A DNA stretch of 64,000 nt from Octopus sinensis (taxonomy: Eukaryota), in NCBI RefSeq assembly GCF_006345805.1, contig NC_042999.1, positions 85,126,001 through 85,190,000 on the forward strand. The letters run 5' to 3'. The notes under the pieces are model-generated. The model was not told the DNA's origin and did no database searches. It worked only from the letters and a program-made list of their open reading frames with translations. The translations under genes were made by a program, and so were the position numbers. Position 1 is the first letter of the stretch. Every line of letters begins with the position of its first letter. Of the stretch, positions 36,876 through 51,026 are shown piece after piece.

Positions 36876-38894
36876 AAAGACGTACAATTTAACTTCCTTG
36901 GTCACATGCTGAAGTTTTACAAAAAAAAAACAAAGTTCGATTTCCAATAGAGCAGAGAAATGATTTCCAATGTTGGCAGTAAAAAGAAACAAAAGAAACA
37001 CGACAAAAGTGACGGCTGTTATAGATTGATTTTAACAGAAAAACAACTTTACAAGGCAGCGAGCTGGCAGAAACGCTAGCACACCGGGCGAAATGCTTAG
37101 CAGTATTTTGTCTGCCGTTACGTTCTGAGTTCAAATTCCGCCGAGGTCGACTTTGCCTTTTATCCTTTCGGGGTCGATAAATTAAGTACCAGTTACGCAC
37201 TGGGTTCGATCTAATCGACTTAATCACTTTGTCTGTCCTTGTTTGTCCCCTCTATGTTCAGCCCCTTGTGGGCAATAAAGAAATAAGAAAAACAAGTTTA
37301 CTTTTTCTCCTAGACTAGTGGTGGGGGAACTTTTTTGTAAAAAGTTTCCAGAGTAAAAGGTTTGCGGGCGAATCACAAGTTCTAACTCTGTGTTACTCAT
37401 GTATATATGTATGTATAATTCGATATACATTAATAAAGATAAGTTTGACATTAAATTAACGCGTAACATCTTCATTAACACCGCCACTGAATTTAGGACG
37501 TTAATAGTACTTATTCTTTATATTTCAGCTAGAGTGTAGTTGGGTCTCAAGGGGGTGGTACAAACCTAGCGGTGTGTGTTTTATAGTGAAAACAAAATTT
37601 TCGTACAAATGGCAATTACCGGACGATTTTCTGTCCGAGTTTAACCGTTTTAAGTCGTAGTGGTCACCTGACCTATGTCGCAAGTAGACATACGAATATT
37701 GTACAAATTTTATAATTGAAAAATTTACTATATCTTGTACATACGAATATACCAAACTTCGGGAGCAATAAAATGCACTTGGGGGTGAAATTGCGCCCGC
37801 GACGTGGGTTTCACTTCCCCTTTCCTAGACAGTAAACGCCGATCAAATTGTTCTCCTCATTCGAACTACGAATTGCTTTACCAATGAGAAGGTGGTGAGC
37901 TGGCAGAAACGTTAGCACGCCGGGCGAAATGCTTAGCTGTATTTCGTCTGCCGCTACGTTCTGAGTTCAAATTCCGCCGAGGTTGACTTTGCCTTTCATC
38001 CTTTCGGGGTCGATTAAATAAGTACCAGTCACGCACTGGGGTCGATATAATCGACTTAATCCGTTTGTCTGTCCTCGTTTGTCCTCTCTGTGTTTAGCCC
38101 CTTGTGGGTAGTAAAGAAATAGGTATTTCGTCTGTCTTTACGCTCCGAGTTCAAATTCCGCCGAGGTCGACTTTGCCTTTCATCCTTTCGGGGTCGATAA
38201 ATTAAGTACCATTTGCGTACTGGAGTCGATCTAATCGACTGGCTCCCTCCCCCCAAATTTCAGGCCTTGTGCCTAGAATAGAAAAGAATTGCTTTACCAA
38301 TGACACTACACGCACAAAAATTCTTTCTCTCTCTTCTCTCTTCCTCTCTTTTTAATATTCATTGTATTATATTGGTCGACGAACTGGCAGAATCGTTAGC
38401 AAGCTGGGCATAAATACTTAGCGGCATTTTTCCCGTCTACATGATCTGAGTTGAAAATCTGCTGAGGTCGACTTTGTCTTTCATACTTTCGGAGTTGATA
38501 AAGTAAGTACCAGTTGAAGATTGTGGTCGATGTAATCGACTTACTCTACCTCGATCTTGCTAGCCTTGTGCTAAAATTTGAAACAAATATTTATTGCATT
38601 GTATTACATCGTAAATTTCACCATAAAACAGTTTTTCTTATTTGTTGTAACAGGTGGATAGTTTTTATGCCATACTACTACTACTACTACTACTATTACT
38701 ACTACTACTACTACTACTACTACTACCACTACTACTACTACTACTACTATTGATTTCAAATATCGGCAGAAAGTCAGCAATTTCGAGGGAAGGATAGGTC
38801 AATTAGAGCCCAGTGTTTAACTGGTGCTTATTTTATAGATGTCAAAAAGATGAAAGCTAAGTCGTGGTGTTATTTGAACTTAAACCGTAAAAAC

Positions 38895-41640
38895 GGGAAT
38901 GTACTCCAATTTGGTCAAAGATTTCTTGGGGCCAAGTAAGAGGACCTGGCGGTAGAATACCACACGGGCAGTGTATGAAATACTTACTTCCAGCCGACCT
39001 TTTAGAGAAAATTTGCTCTTAGCTCATTTCTGAGTGAGATTGGCTACCCTGATCGTAACCTCTTCCCAGCTCCTATCCATATAGAGGTCTGCTCGAACCA
39101 GACACCAAGCGCTTGAACCCTCAGTCCAGTGACAGAAATAACAGCTGGTGAACATAGACTTGCGTCACTTAGTACGTAGTTGTAAGTTCATCGACCGGTA
39201 CTGGTTTACAAGTGCTCCTTTACATACCTGGTACACTTTCAGTATTGTCTATGCCTGAAGTTTCGGACACCTTGACAGTGGTATCGTGCACGTATGCCGA
39301 TGCGGTTCCTAAGTGACTCAGATACACCTCAAACTTCCCGTCTTCCACAGCAAAGACTTCAGAGTCTAAACATACAGGAGAGAGGCGAATGATCATCCTT
39401 GATGGACCGAGTGTTCGATGCTAAACGGTTCATCTGAACCCGGCAGTTATTGACGGCCGGAATGTAGTGATGGTCCATCCCATCAAATACTTCGGACTGA
39501 TCTAAACTGAGCAGGACCCTGCCAATGCTAGATCGTTTTCCAATCCGCTCTACGATGTATTTGCATGAGGTGGAGATTGTTTCGGATAGAAGAAATAGTC
39601 TGGAGCCATTCTCACCTCTGACACATCGCTTGCGATGCCTCTTTTTTCTATTCGATTAACTCGTTTCTTTATTATGCTATTGTTCCTTATAGCTATTTTT
39701 AAAATTAAGAGAAGCCTCTCTCATTCTTGTTTTTAGCGAAATCTACCACATGCTGCAGATGGTAGTTCGTATAAATTCTCGAGTTTAACTAGTCTACTGG
39801 TATGATCCATGAAATCTTTCCGCCTCGAAAGGACTCGTTCGTCTTCCTGTAACTGGGACGTTCAATATTCGTCTTTTCTGAGTTGAGTGTAAGAGCCACA
39901 AAGCTGTGGTCTATGCAACCAGCTACCTTAAACCGTAGACCCACTACAACCCAACGAAAGACAGACTCAGAATTAAGTTTTTCTTTTTTACTTACTGGAT
40001 CCGGAGGATAGGACAGTGTCAATGGCTTTTGCAGGCTCTCCCTGATCGGCAAAACCAATGTCTTATTTGTGGAGGCTTAAGTAAATGAATATTGTTATTA
40101 ATACCAGTAAGAATGGTCTATCGAAAATGAATTTCGAGTTCTCTGTGTAAAGTGATAGTATATCATCAGCCGGGGAGTAGATATGATCACATGTAAAAGC
40201 GAAGTGTGTAATATTATAAGCTGTGATATACCAATTATAATCCCAGTTTATTCTTCCAAGCCCAATGAAACATGAAGCTGAACAATTACAGACCAAAAAT
40301 CTGCCTACCGCTTAACAAGTCCTTAATGGCTACCATAACGCTGAGGGTGAATGTTTATAAGGAAAAATGAACTCAATTTCAAAAGATAAAAAATAAAGCA
40401 TCAAATATTTATATAACATAAGCAATAAAAATAAAATTTCGACCGAAGAGTGGGAAATGAGAAAGGAGGTTGTGAGTACGGCATATATTGAATATCGGAA
40501 TAACTTGATAGTGGTCTTCATTCATTAATCCTGGAAAATTTGAAAAGAACAAAAAATTCGGATAGTGCAAACGAAGAAAAGAAAAAAGAATCTCTTAAAA
40601 CGAAGGCATTAATGAAACTAATCATAGAAGAACAATATCTCATGGGGATTTTTCAGTTCCTTTTTGCTTGGCGTTAATAACTTTAAGTAACATGCTATCC
40701 TAGAGTGAGTATTGATGGACATAGGACAGAAGAAAATTACCTACCTTTTGTGTATACAATGTGCATCAGCTATTTGAGAACCAAATTTTAACTAAATATC
40801 CTCTCTTTTTTTCAGCTGAACATAGAAGCTTCGAATCTAACGCAGACGACGAAAAGGCATGCACTTCTCGTTACTTTACCGCCAACGATAATGATTCTGA
40901 GACTACAATGTCTGCCAGGTCCTTCGTGTTTGTAATAAGAAAAGAGCTTCTGGTCACTGGGGGCAATGTGTCGTCCGTGGCTAACAAAAGAAAAACATTC
41001 TCGGTGATTCGACATTGTCAGAAAAGTCGTTTTGTCCAGCAAGTCCAGGGTACTATCAATGAGAATTCCGAAGTCAAAGAAGGCTGTAGCTAATTACCTC
41101 TTTGAGTTGGGGTCAACGATTAGATTTGTGGTGCACGAAAACATCAGGTACAAATCCTATGTTATGAGAAGAGGGCAGTTCATATCTGGTAACATCTGAG
41201 AGAACCGTGTAATCTAGTCGAGGCGCTTGCTAAACAGAACAGACTCAAGCACACCGAAGAGCCCTACATAATCTGGTTTTTTTCGAATGAGAACTTTGTC
41301 CAATACCAAAAAGTAAACAGGAGAAATGACAGACGCCCTGCGTCAGACTTATTGAAGTCTCTACTGTTGGGCACATCAAGTTCCCGTCTTTGATGGTCTT
41401 GGGGTTCGTTTGTAATGAAGGCAATGTCATGCCTTCTCACTTTTTTCCACAATATTTTAGGTTCAAGCAGTAGACTACATCTAGACAATAGAGACAGTTG
41501 TGAAGCCCTGGATCTAGAGGATTGCTCGGGTCGGGGGAGCAGTACGTGTTCCAGCTTGACTCAGCTCCCTTTCACACAGCCTGCACGGCCCAGGAGTAGA
41601 TGACTGAAAATTCTCCCGATCATATTTCTGCTGACACTTA
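38895..41640 (-). mobile_element. Highly decayed Tx1/L1-like LINE (APE and RT remnants), interrupted at about 40060-41150
   Basis: Minus-strand translation gives IDHSFVALTLNSEKTNIERPSYRKTNESF (APE end, xDH...GxWKLN-like), LLSLDQSEVFDGMDHHY (LDQxKAFDRVDH-like) and SAYVHDTTV (YADD-like). Confidence 0.55.
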
Positions 41641-42562
41641 ACCTCTTAACTCCCTTGATTCAACCCTCTGGACTACTACGTCTGGAGCGTGCTTGTGAGG
41701 AAGACCTACAACTATGCACACAATACCAACACCTGTTGGGGATATTATAGCTAACATGAATAAAAATAACCTGATCAATGTATTTAGTCGTTTCAAGGCA
41801 CTAAACGAAGTTGATAAACTTTTGTTATGTGTACTGAATTCTATGAAAAAATATATTGGTTTTATAATAAAAATATATTTTTTATAAAATAATTCATTAT
41901 ATAAATACTTATTTATTATATATAGGCAAAGGCGTAGCTGTGTGGTAAGAAGCTTGCTTCCCAACCACATAGTTCCGAGTTCAGTCTCACTGCGTGGCAT
42001 CCTGGGTAAATGTCTTCTACTGTAACCTCGAGCCGATCAACGTCTTGTGAGTGAATTTGGTAGACGGAAACTGAAAGAAGCCTATCGTATATATATATAT
42101 ATATATAATATATATATATATGTTTGTGTGTGTGTCTGTGTGTGTGTATGTATGTATCTATTTGTTTTTGTCTTTGTGTCTGCGTTTGTACCGCCAACAC
42201 CATCCCCGCTTGACAACCGGTATTGTATGTAAGTCTCTGTAACCTAGCGGATCAGCAAAAGTTCCGATAGAATAAGTACTCGGCTTAAAAAAAATAAGTC
42301 CTAGTGTTCGATTTGTTCGACTAAAAAAAACCCCACCATGACCGCAATCTAATGAATGAAACAAGTAAAAGAATAAAATCAATAAAAGAATTATATTCTA
42401 ATATATATTTTTGGTTTTTTAAAATTAAATTTTTTGTCCTCAAATAGCTGAGGTACTCTGTATATGATCTGTATGACCAAATTATTTACAACACAGATGA
42501 AAAACAAGTAGAAGGATCAACATACAATTCAAGTATTCAAATTGAATGTGAATTACTGGAAC

Positions 42563-43284
42563 AATTATGTATGTATGTATGTCATTATGTATGTCATGTA
42601 TGTCATTATTCAGTTTATTTCAAGATTTCTTGCCTATAGAGAAAAAACCTGTTTCTAATCTAGACCCTAGGCTCCTACATTGTAATTTCAATATGAACAA
42701 CAGGGTATTTTTTGTATGTATGTATGTATGTATGTATGTATGTATGTATGTATGTATGTATGTATGTATGTATGAATGGATGGATGTGCAGATTTGTATG
42801 TTTTATGTATGTATTCTCATGCATATAGTTGCATATCGAGACACATATATATTTAAATGATGAACTTCTGGAAAGTTTTAAAGATTTTTTACAGTTCCAG
42901 TGATGTAATGGATCTGTAGTCTTCGAATCGATTTTCTCCTTCCTTGAGAAATTGGGCTTCTCAAAACCAGGAAGCAGAACATCGATTCGAAGACTACAGA
43001 TCCATTCCATCACTGGAACTGTAAAAATCTGTAAAACTTTCCAGAAGTTTATCATTTAAATATATATGAGTATGTCTCGATATGCAACAATATGCTTGAG
43101 AATACATGCATAAAACATACAAATCTGCACATCCATCCATCCATCCCCTCCAAAATACCCTGTTGTTGATATTGAAATTACAATGTAGGAGCCTTGGATC
43201 AAGGTTAGAAACCGGTTCTTTCTCTATAGGCAAGAAATCTTGAAATAGACTGACATACTTGCATACATACATACATACATAATT
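42563..43284. mobile_element. Foldback/MITE-like element: ~720-bp imperfect palindrome centred at about 42954
   Basis: Arms pair from the (TATG)n/(CATA)n ends inward to a GAGAA-ATTGGGC-TTCTC central loop. Confidence 0.85.
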
Positions 43285-44029
43285 CCTTTTGGAAATTGGA
43301 TCTCGTAGTGCATGTGAAGTTATAAATAATAGCATGTGAATATTGGAATGTCTACAGATGAGCGCACGCGCACACTCACACGCGCATGCACGCACATAAA
43401 TATAAGACACCCAAAATGTTACGTTGAAGATAAGAGCGTGGGACCTCAAGATCGCGAAGCTAAACCTTTAGATCACTTGGCCACGCCTGCATTATTGATT
43501 TATTCGATAAATGTGCAAATTCAATACTTACAGATATAATGACATACTAACACAAAGTAAAAACAAAAATACATAAAGTATTCCCACGCTAATCTATTCA
43601 ACATGCGTTCACACACTTACACGTAACACAATGTTACGTCGTTGAATGTGTAAGTGGTTAAGAATTCAACAGACACCTACACCCTTAAAGCAATAAAGTT
43701 TATATCACGAAATAACAACCAAATATGACATGAAGTAAGACCATACATCATACACTGAGCGTAAAACAATATGCATTATACTTATGTCGGATTTAAAAAA
43801 AAAACAACTTTTTTGAAAATATTCATTAGAGTGTTGACATTGTTCCAGTAATTCTCATTTTCTGAAATTTATCTATTTGAATTTAAGATTATCATACATT
43901 ACGCAATACATTCCCCACCCTAAAAAAGACAGACTGAAAGACAAGGTTTGATTACATATAAGTGACAGTTATATTTTGTGCCAAGAAAGCAAATAGGAGA
44001 AATCCTAACATGGATGGAAGCAAGGACGG

Positions 44030-44712
44030 ACCTCTTTCCAGCGTAAGCTCCGTGTCGATATTAGATTATTAAAAAACTCTGATAGGTCCCTTATCTTCTC
44101 CGATAAGACGAAGAATTTATACAGGTTAGGCACCCTGGAATACAATAGACTACCAGAGAACAACATTACACAAAAGTATAGGCGCGCATCCCCACACACA
44201 TATAGCGACATCAAAAATGAAGTTAAAAAATTCGCTAACGAACCAGAGATAGCAACTAGGGTAGAGATCTTAGGTAAAAGAAACGTTTTCATCACCAAAA
44301 TCACCATAAACCGAACTTTGCCTGAAACCCTAAATGCTGCCTGATCAATCCGGTCAAATCTAAGATCGGTCTGGCGAGCAAACATATATTGAGAGATATC
44401 AATAACAGTATAAGGAAGGCCACCAACCTCTCACTGTGGCGCAGCACCAACGAAGTGACCGCATGGTTCACAGCAAAGGTAGAAACAGAGCAAAGTTCTC
44501 CCAATTTGATATAGTCAATTTTTACTCGTGTATACCAAAAGAGCTACTGACCAAGGCGCTTTCTTTCGCTAGGGTCTTCACTAGCATTAGCGACAGAGCT
44601 GTAGCAATTATTATGCATGCCAGGAGGACAGTGCTGTTCAACAAAGGTTCGGCATGGGTCAAGCAATCTGACACCCGGGATCCTTTGACGTAGCGATGGG
44701 AGCCTACGACAA
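44030..44712 (+). mobile_element. Penelope-like RT N-terminal fragment, truncated by a SINE
   Basis: SDKTKNLYRL, LINPVKSKIG, FDIVNFYSCIPKELLTKALSFA, IIMHARRTVLF, FDVAMGAYD are PLE RT motifs. Confidence 0.75.
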
Positions 44713-45286
44713 TTTCATGGTTATCAGTGTGCTTCCTGATATTTCGTCCGTCTTTTCTTCCCGAGTTCAAATTCCGCCAAGGACGACTGTACCTTTCATT
44801 TCTTTGGGGTCGATAAAATAAGTACCAGTTGAAAGCTGGGGTCGATGTAATCAGCTTATGTCTTCCCCCGAACTCTCTAGCACTGTTCCAAAGTTTCAAA
44901 CGGATAAGGCATCGAATTAGCAGAATCATTGGTACACCGGATAACATGCTTAGTGACATTTCGTCCGTCTTTATGGTGTGAGTACAAATTCCGCCGAGGT
45001 CGACTTTTCCATTCATCCATTCGGGGTTGATAAAAGAAGTACCAGTTGAGCAATAGAGATCGATGTAATCGATATATATCCCTTACCCCGTTATTACTGG
45101 CTTTGTGTCAAATTTTGAAACCATTATTATTGTTCGTATAACTCTCCATTCAGAACTGCTATGAACTTCCCAATTAAATTCCTTTGCTTTACTCTTCTAA
45201 AAATTATTGGGTCTAAAAATTTATGAAATAGAAATACCAAGATTTCATTACAGTATTTTTCTAAATTACTTAACAGGACCTGGTGG

Positions 45287-45287
<1 letters not shown>

Positions 45288-45333
<46 letters not shown>

Positions 45334-45530
45334 CTTCTTCTTCTTCTTCTTCTTCTTCTCTTCTTCTTCTTCTTGTTCTTGTTCTTGTTCTTGTTCTTGT
45401 TCTTGTTCTTCTTGTTCTTCTTGTTCTTCTTGTTCTTCTTGTTCTTCTTGTTCTTCGTGTTCTTCTTGTTCTTCTTGTTCTTGTTCTTCTTGTTCTTGTT
45501 CTTCTTGTTCTTCTTCTTCTTGTTCTTCCA
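45288..45530. repeat. Compound microsatellite (TTG)n-(TTC)n-(TTCTTG)n
   Basis: Directly visible; source of several low-complexity ORFs. Confidence 0.95.
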
Positions 45531-45909
45531 TTTTTTTCTGTTTATATACTGACCTGTACGTATGAAGTGACATGTACTGCAACGATTTTCATTGTTATAT
45601 ATATATATATATTCTTTTATTTGTTTCAGTAATTTAACTGCGGCCATGCTGGAGCACCGCCTTTAGTCGAACAAATCGGCTCCAGGACTTATTCTTTGTA
45701 AGCCTAGTACTTATTTTATAGGTCCCTTTGACCGAACCGCCAGGATACGGGGACATAAACTCACCAACATCGGTTGGCAAGCGATGGTGGCAAACACAGA
45801 CATACAAACATATATTACACACACACACACTCATATATACGGCGGGCGTCTTTCAGTTTCCGCCTACCACTCACACGGCTTTATTTGGCCCGTGGTGAAC
45901 TCGATATAT

Positions 45910-46001
<92 letters not shown>

Positions 46002-47265
46002 CATATATATATATAATTTTGCTTAGGTATAGCGATACAAATAGCCTGATGTTAGAACTCAATATACATAGGCTTCAGAACAAAGTATTAGTCGAGTACA
46101 GAGCAGGAATAAGAGCTTATGTTATGAACTTCATTAGCTTACATATGTTTCTGCCTTAAGATGCAATGCATTCCTAGTCGAATATTTGTGTATCTTCTTA
46201 TAACTTCATCAGATCTTCAAACTATGAAGTGCGGTTTTATTTTGGAAACATTTATATTCATATATACACAGAAAAAGTATAAACATATATAGGAAAGGAA
46301 TTCAGGAGATTGAAGGGGAAAAGCTCATCGCAGAATTGGAAAAAGATTAAATGTTATCTCTATATATGTCTAAGGATAGGTATATGAAGAACGCCTATGA
46401 TAAGTAAAAAAGACAAGTAAAAATATGTACTGGGAACAGAGATAGATTGAAAACGACTGAATTTAAGATAATGAGAGAAAGAGAAACAGAAATGAAAGAA
46501 AATAATGAACAAACAGAGAAAAAGAGTACCAGAAAAGTATTTATGAAGGTCAGTAAATTATTTTTCAACTTAGGATCTTAGCCAGATTGACCATTCATAA
46601 ATACCAGAACAAAAGGAGATTAGAGAGGAGGGAGATGTAATGCAGTTAAAAGGGTGTGTCTGTGTGTGTAGATAGAGATGATGTTGACAGATATATGTCT
46701 TCATACATATAAATACACAGACGCACACACACACTCGGATATTCTTGTATACATGCACCAAAACCTCTATAGATATACACATACATACATACATACATAG
46801 ATGCGTACCTACACTCACACTATAGACACAGATACCTACAAATAAACGATATGTGCAGTTACTCACACAGACAGACAGACAGACACACACACAGAATCAC
46901 ACGCACACATACACACATGCAAAAACTGAGACATATATACAGATGTACAAACTTACACATACGTAGATATATATACACAGATGAGTATACTGTTACGCAT
47001 TCACAAAAACTTCCATATATATATATATATATATACAAAATAAGAAAATGGAGAAATACATCGAAATCAAATATCAATTACCAGATAATACTCAATCACA
47101 TACTTTATTAAACCACCACATAAGAAACTATAAGGTTAAACATAATAATGTAGGGCAAAACAGTGTACATAAAGGAGTGTACATAAAAGAGTAATGTTAT
47201 ACAACAAGTAGAATATGTATAAGAGAAAATAAGTATAAGCACACATAAATATAAATATAGACTAC

Positions 47266-47392
47266 ATCTTACAGCTGTTTCGGCCATGTAGATAAGTATG
47301 TCTCATTTTACTTATATTAGCCATTTAAGGTAGGTCAATATGTAGTTATAAATGAGACATTTACAAAAATATCCTAAGGCCTCTTCGGAGAT
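47266..47392 (-). ncRNA. Hammerhead-like motif with long stem II insertion (probable PLE terminal-repeat relic; U4 read as C)
   Basis: ATCT-CCGAAGA-GGCC-[92 nt containing an 11-bp ATGTCTCATTT/AAATGAGACAT stem]-GGCC-GAAAC-AGCT-GTA-AGAT. Confidence 0.5.
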
Positions 47393-47799
47393 TATGTGAT
47401 ACAAATCAGATTACATACATACTTATATAGGTGTGGGTACATACCCATAATAAAACATATACATATACATGCAAAATTTCAGCTAGATCAAACAACTGCA
47501 AGTAGGCCAGGGGCATTATTTATTGAACACCCCTCGTATCAATAGCTCGCTCAATGAATATTTATTATAAGTTTAAAAAGTGTTTGACGAGGAAAGTCAC
47601 CTACCTTTGACTTCAATATATAAAGCTGCACAGCGCGACCATCTCCTATGCCTGTTGGAACAATACTGAAGGGCAGTGGGACTGTAAGTGTAGTAAGAAA
47701 CATACTGTCGCAAGTCTGTTGGAACCTTTTATGACACATACGTCGACCTTGAAAAGTAGAGCTAACAAACAGTTTTAACCATGATATTCATTAGAAGCT

Positions 47800-50430
47800 A
47801 GTTAGTTAGTTAGTTAATTTGGCTCAAAAGCAAATAGCAAGGCCATGTAGGGGGTCATGGAGTTAAGTACAGGGTGGTGTTCATGTAAAGAGTTCAGGCC
47901 ACTTGAGGTCAAGGGAGGCTTTGAACAAAGCGGTCGTCGGCATCTTCACCATCTCGTCTGGCAGCTTGTTCCACGGATCCGCAACCCGGACGGAGAAAGC
48001 TCCTCTCCTTCGACTGAGATGAAATCGTCGCAGGTAGAGCTTTTCGGAATGACCCCGCAGCCGACGCTCTGGAGCAGGAGTGAACAGCTCTTTCGAGAGG
48101 CTACACTTTCCGCTTATGATGTTGTGGGCGAGAATAAGATCACCACGGCGGCGGCGTTTTTCAAGAGAATAAAGGTCGAGCGTCCTCAGCCTTTCTTCAT
48201 AGGACAAATTTTTGAGACCATGAACCATGCGGGTAGCCAGCTTCTGGACTCTTTCGAGATGCTGTATGTCTTTGAGGAGATAAGGAGAAGAGGCTTGAAT
48301 CCCGTACTCCAATATGGGCCTCACCAGCGTGACATAGAGTGGTAGGAATATGGTTGCTGTGAGCATTCCGAATGACCGTCGAATCTAGAACAGAATTCCG
48401 CGTGCTTTGTTGGCAGCTTGGACGCACTGGGCCGAAGGCGAAAAGGAGGAATCCACCAAGATACCCAGGTCCTTTACCTGATCGGTCCTCTCCAGCAGCA
48501 GACGACCCGGCTCGAAATCAAGTTGAGTTGCAGGAGGAGAGCCAACAGGCAGATGACAGCACTTTGACACGTTCAGACACAGGTCCCATTTGTTAGACCA
48601 CTTCCAAATTTGGTGGAGGCATCGACGAAGATCCTCTATATCACCGCGAGGAGCGACCAGTTTGATATCGTCGGCAAATAGTAGGGTGTGTTGCGTAAGG
48701 TCGTCGGGCAAGTCATTTATGAAGACTAAGAACAATAAGGGCCCAAGCACAACCTTGAGGCACGCCACTGCTCGCACTGGAGACGTCGGACCGCGAACCA
48801 TTAACTTGGACTTGGAAGGAGCGATCTGAGAGGAAGGCACCAACCCATCGTACAATATCCGGATGGAAACTATATGCTTGAAGCTTGACAAGTAATAGGC
48901 GGTGGTTTACCGAGTCAAAAGCTTTGGCAAAGTCCAATAAAACGATGTCAACAGCATCCCTATCATCGAGGATGCGCGTCACAATTCTTCCATTACCAGT
49001 AAGTGGTCAAGCATGATCTCTACGGCACGAAGCCGTGTTGGGAATCAGAGATAGAGGCTGTGTTTTGGAGGTGGAGCATCATACTTTTCTTAAGGATGGT
49101 TTCGAACATCTTGCTGATTATTGATGTAAAGGAAACCGGTCGGTAGTTAAGCGGGTCTTCGCGGCTCCCTTTCTTGAAAATTGGGCAGATTATCGCTGTT
49201 CTCCAGTCCGCAGGTATAACACCCGTCGCCAATGACATATTGAATAGGCGTGTTAAGGGCTCGCAGATGACCGGAGCCAATGCTTTGATAACCCGTGGGT
49301 GTATGCCGTCAGGGCCGTGACCCTTGTTGACATCGAGGCCTTGAATAACACGTTTGACTTCGTCCCGCGTGATGACCAATCTAGGCATTGGAGGTACCGA
49401 TCTATCAAATGGAGGGGGTTCACGACCACCATCTTGTTTGAAAATAGTTGAAAAAGCCTCGGCAAATAATTGACTCTGTTGATAAGGGTCCTCAATCTAC
49501 CAACGTTGTAATCTGGTTGTTCAAGCGGGAATTCCGTTGGACATGGGCAAAGAAGGGTTTTGGATTGCTACTGGCATTTGCCGCGATTTTGTATTCATAA
49601 CTGAAGCGTTCTTCCTTTTCAATTTTCACGGCTCGGTCTCGTTGAGTTTTGTACACCTCAAAAGCTGCAGTCGAATCCAGATTTTTGAATTCAGCCCAAG
49701 CAATATCTCTGAGTCGACGTTCTCGTTTAACCTTCTTCGTCACCCAGGGCTTGTGTTTCTTCTTCTTGGGAAGCCCAACGGGAACTGCCTGGTCAGTCAA
49801 CCAGATTACATATGCTTTGAGGGATGACCATAGTTCGTCAACTGAGGACAACGTCATCAGGGATCGCCAGTCCAGAAGCGCGGAAGCCTCGGTTAAAATT
49901 TCAAGATTAATTGCAGAGAAGACTCTACGTGGCAGCGAAGTAGTTGTGGGCGTAGAAAAAGTTGTGTGCATGACGAACTTCAGGACCGCATGATCACTCT
50001 TGGCAAGAGGGGCGCACACAGATACGTCTGACACTGATCTTGGATAGCGGGAGAATACCAGATCGAGCATAGATGGCTGCTGCCCAGACCGATGCCTTGT
50101 CGGATATTCAACATGTTGCGATAGAAAACAATCTTCAGCCACGTCAAGAAGGGCCTGGCCGAACCGGGAAGATGTACAAATTGATGCGGGCCAATCGATC
50201 GTGAGAGCGTTGAAGTCTCCTAGTACCAAACAGTCATGCGAAGCTGAAACGAATCTTATCGCTTCGAGTAAATGAGCATCGTCCTGGGGGTCGGCAAGAG
50301 GCGGCCTGTAGACAGCTAACACGGGCAGGCAAAACTCGGATAGGCTCAGCTTGCAATAGACGGCATCGAATTTTGTTGTAGGTTGAGCATTAGTGGGTAG
50401 AATACCGCTGGACGGTTTGTGCTCAGATTT
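47800..50430 (-). mobile_element. CR1-like LINE (APE + RT), frameshifted
   Basis: 49492-50322 (AVYRPP, VLGDFN, LDLVFS, SDH-like KSDHAV), 49020-49388 (GPDGIHPR, NYRPVSFTS), 48713-48982 (LDFAKAFDSVNH, SGVPQG), 48385-48891 (LFADDIKL), 47881-48366 (RPILEY, LRGHSEKL); (TAAC)n tail at about 47800. Confidence 0.92.
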
Positions 50431-50993
50431 GACATACGACCTAAAAAGCGACCTAAAATTAGTTGGAATTTGCTACTCTGGTCTCAGAAGCATTTTGGTT
50501 GTTGGCCAGTATTATCGAAGATACATACACAAAGTATGTGATTTGCTTGTTCACCGGTAGGCTCCTATTTGATGCGGTGGAGATGACTCTCTCAAAGTGC
50601 CGAGTGTTAAACCATATGAAAGTAATAGACAGGCAAGACAACTCGCTCCAAATCCCCAAAATGTGTGTTCGGTAATGTTTACAACGCTAGCACTGTTTTA
50701 ATTCATATTCGAATTTATTCCTACGTTGGGGCGTACCAGCAAATGGTTTTTACACTATTTTGCATATAGTCATAGTCTGGAGAGTCAGTTCGCCCCCATT
50801 TCGGCTCAGGTACGTAATGTTGATAAGCCACAAAAATGGCGAAACATCGATGTCCATCATTCCTGAAAGGGATTTGGAGTCAGTTGTCTCCAACTCTATT
50901 AGTTTCAGATGTTTTAACAGCCGGCACTTTGAGGGAACCATCTCAATTGCGCTAAATCGCAGTGTACCGGTGAACAAATAAAGTGCATACGTT

Positions 50994-51026
<33 letters not shown>

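Noticed and set aside
40063-40521. Hydrophobic minus-strand ORFs suggesting a membrane receptor pseudogene
   Set aside because: Hydrophobicity is explained by T-rich composition; no receptor motif or consistent exon structure.
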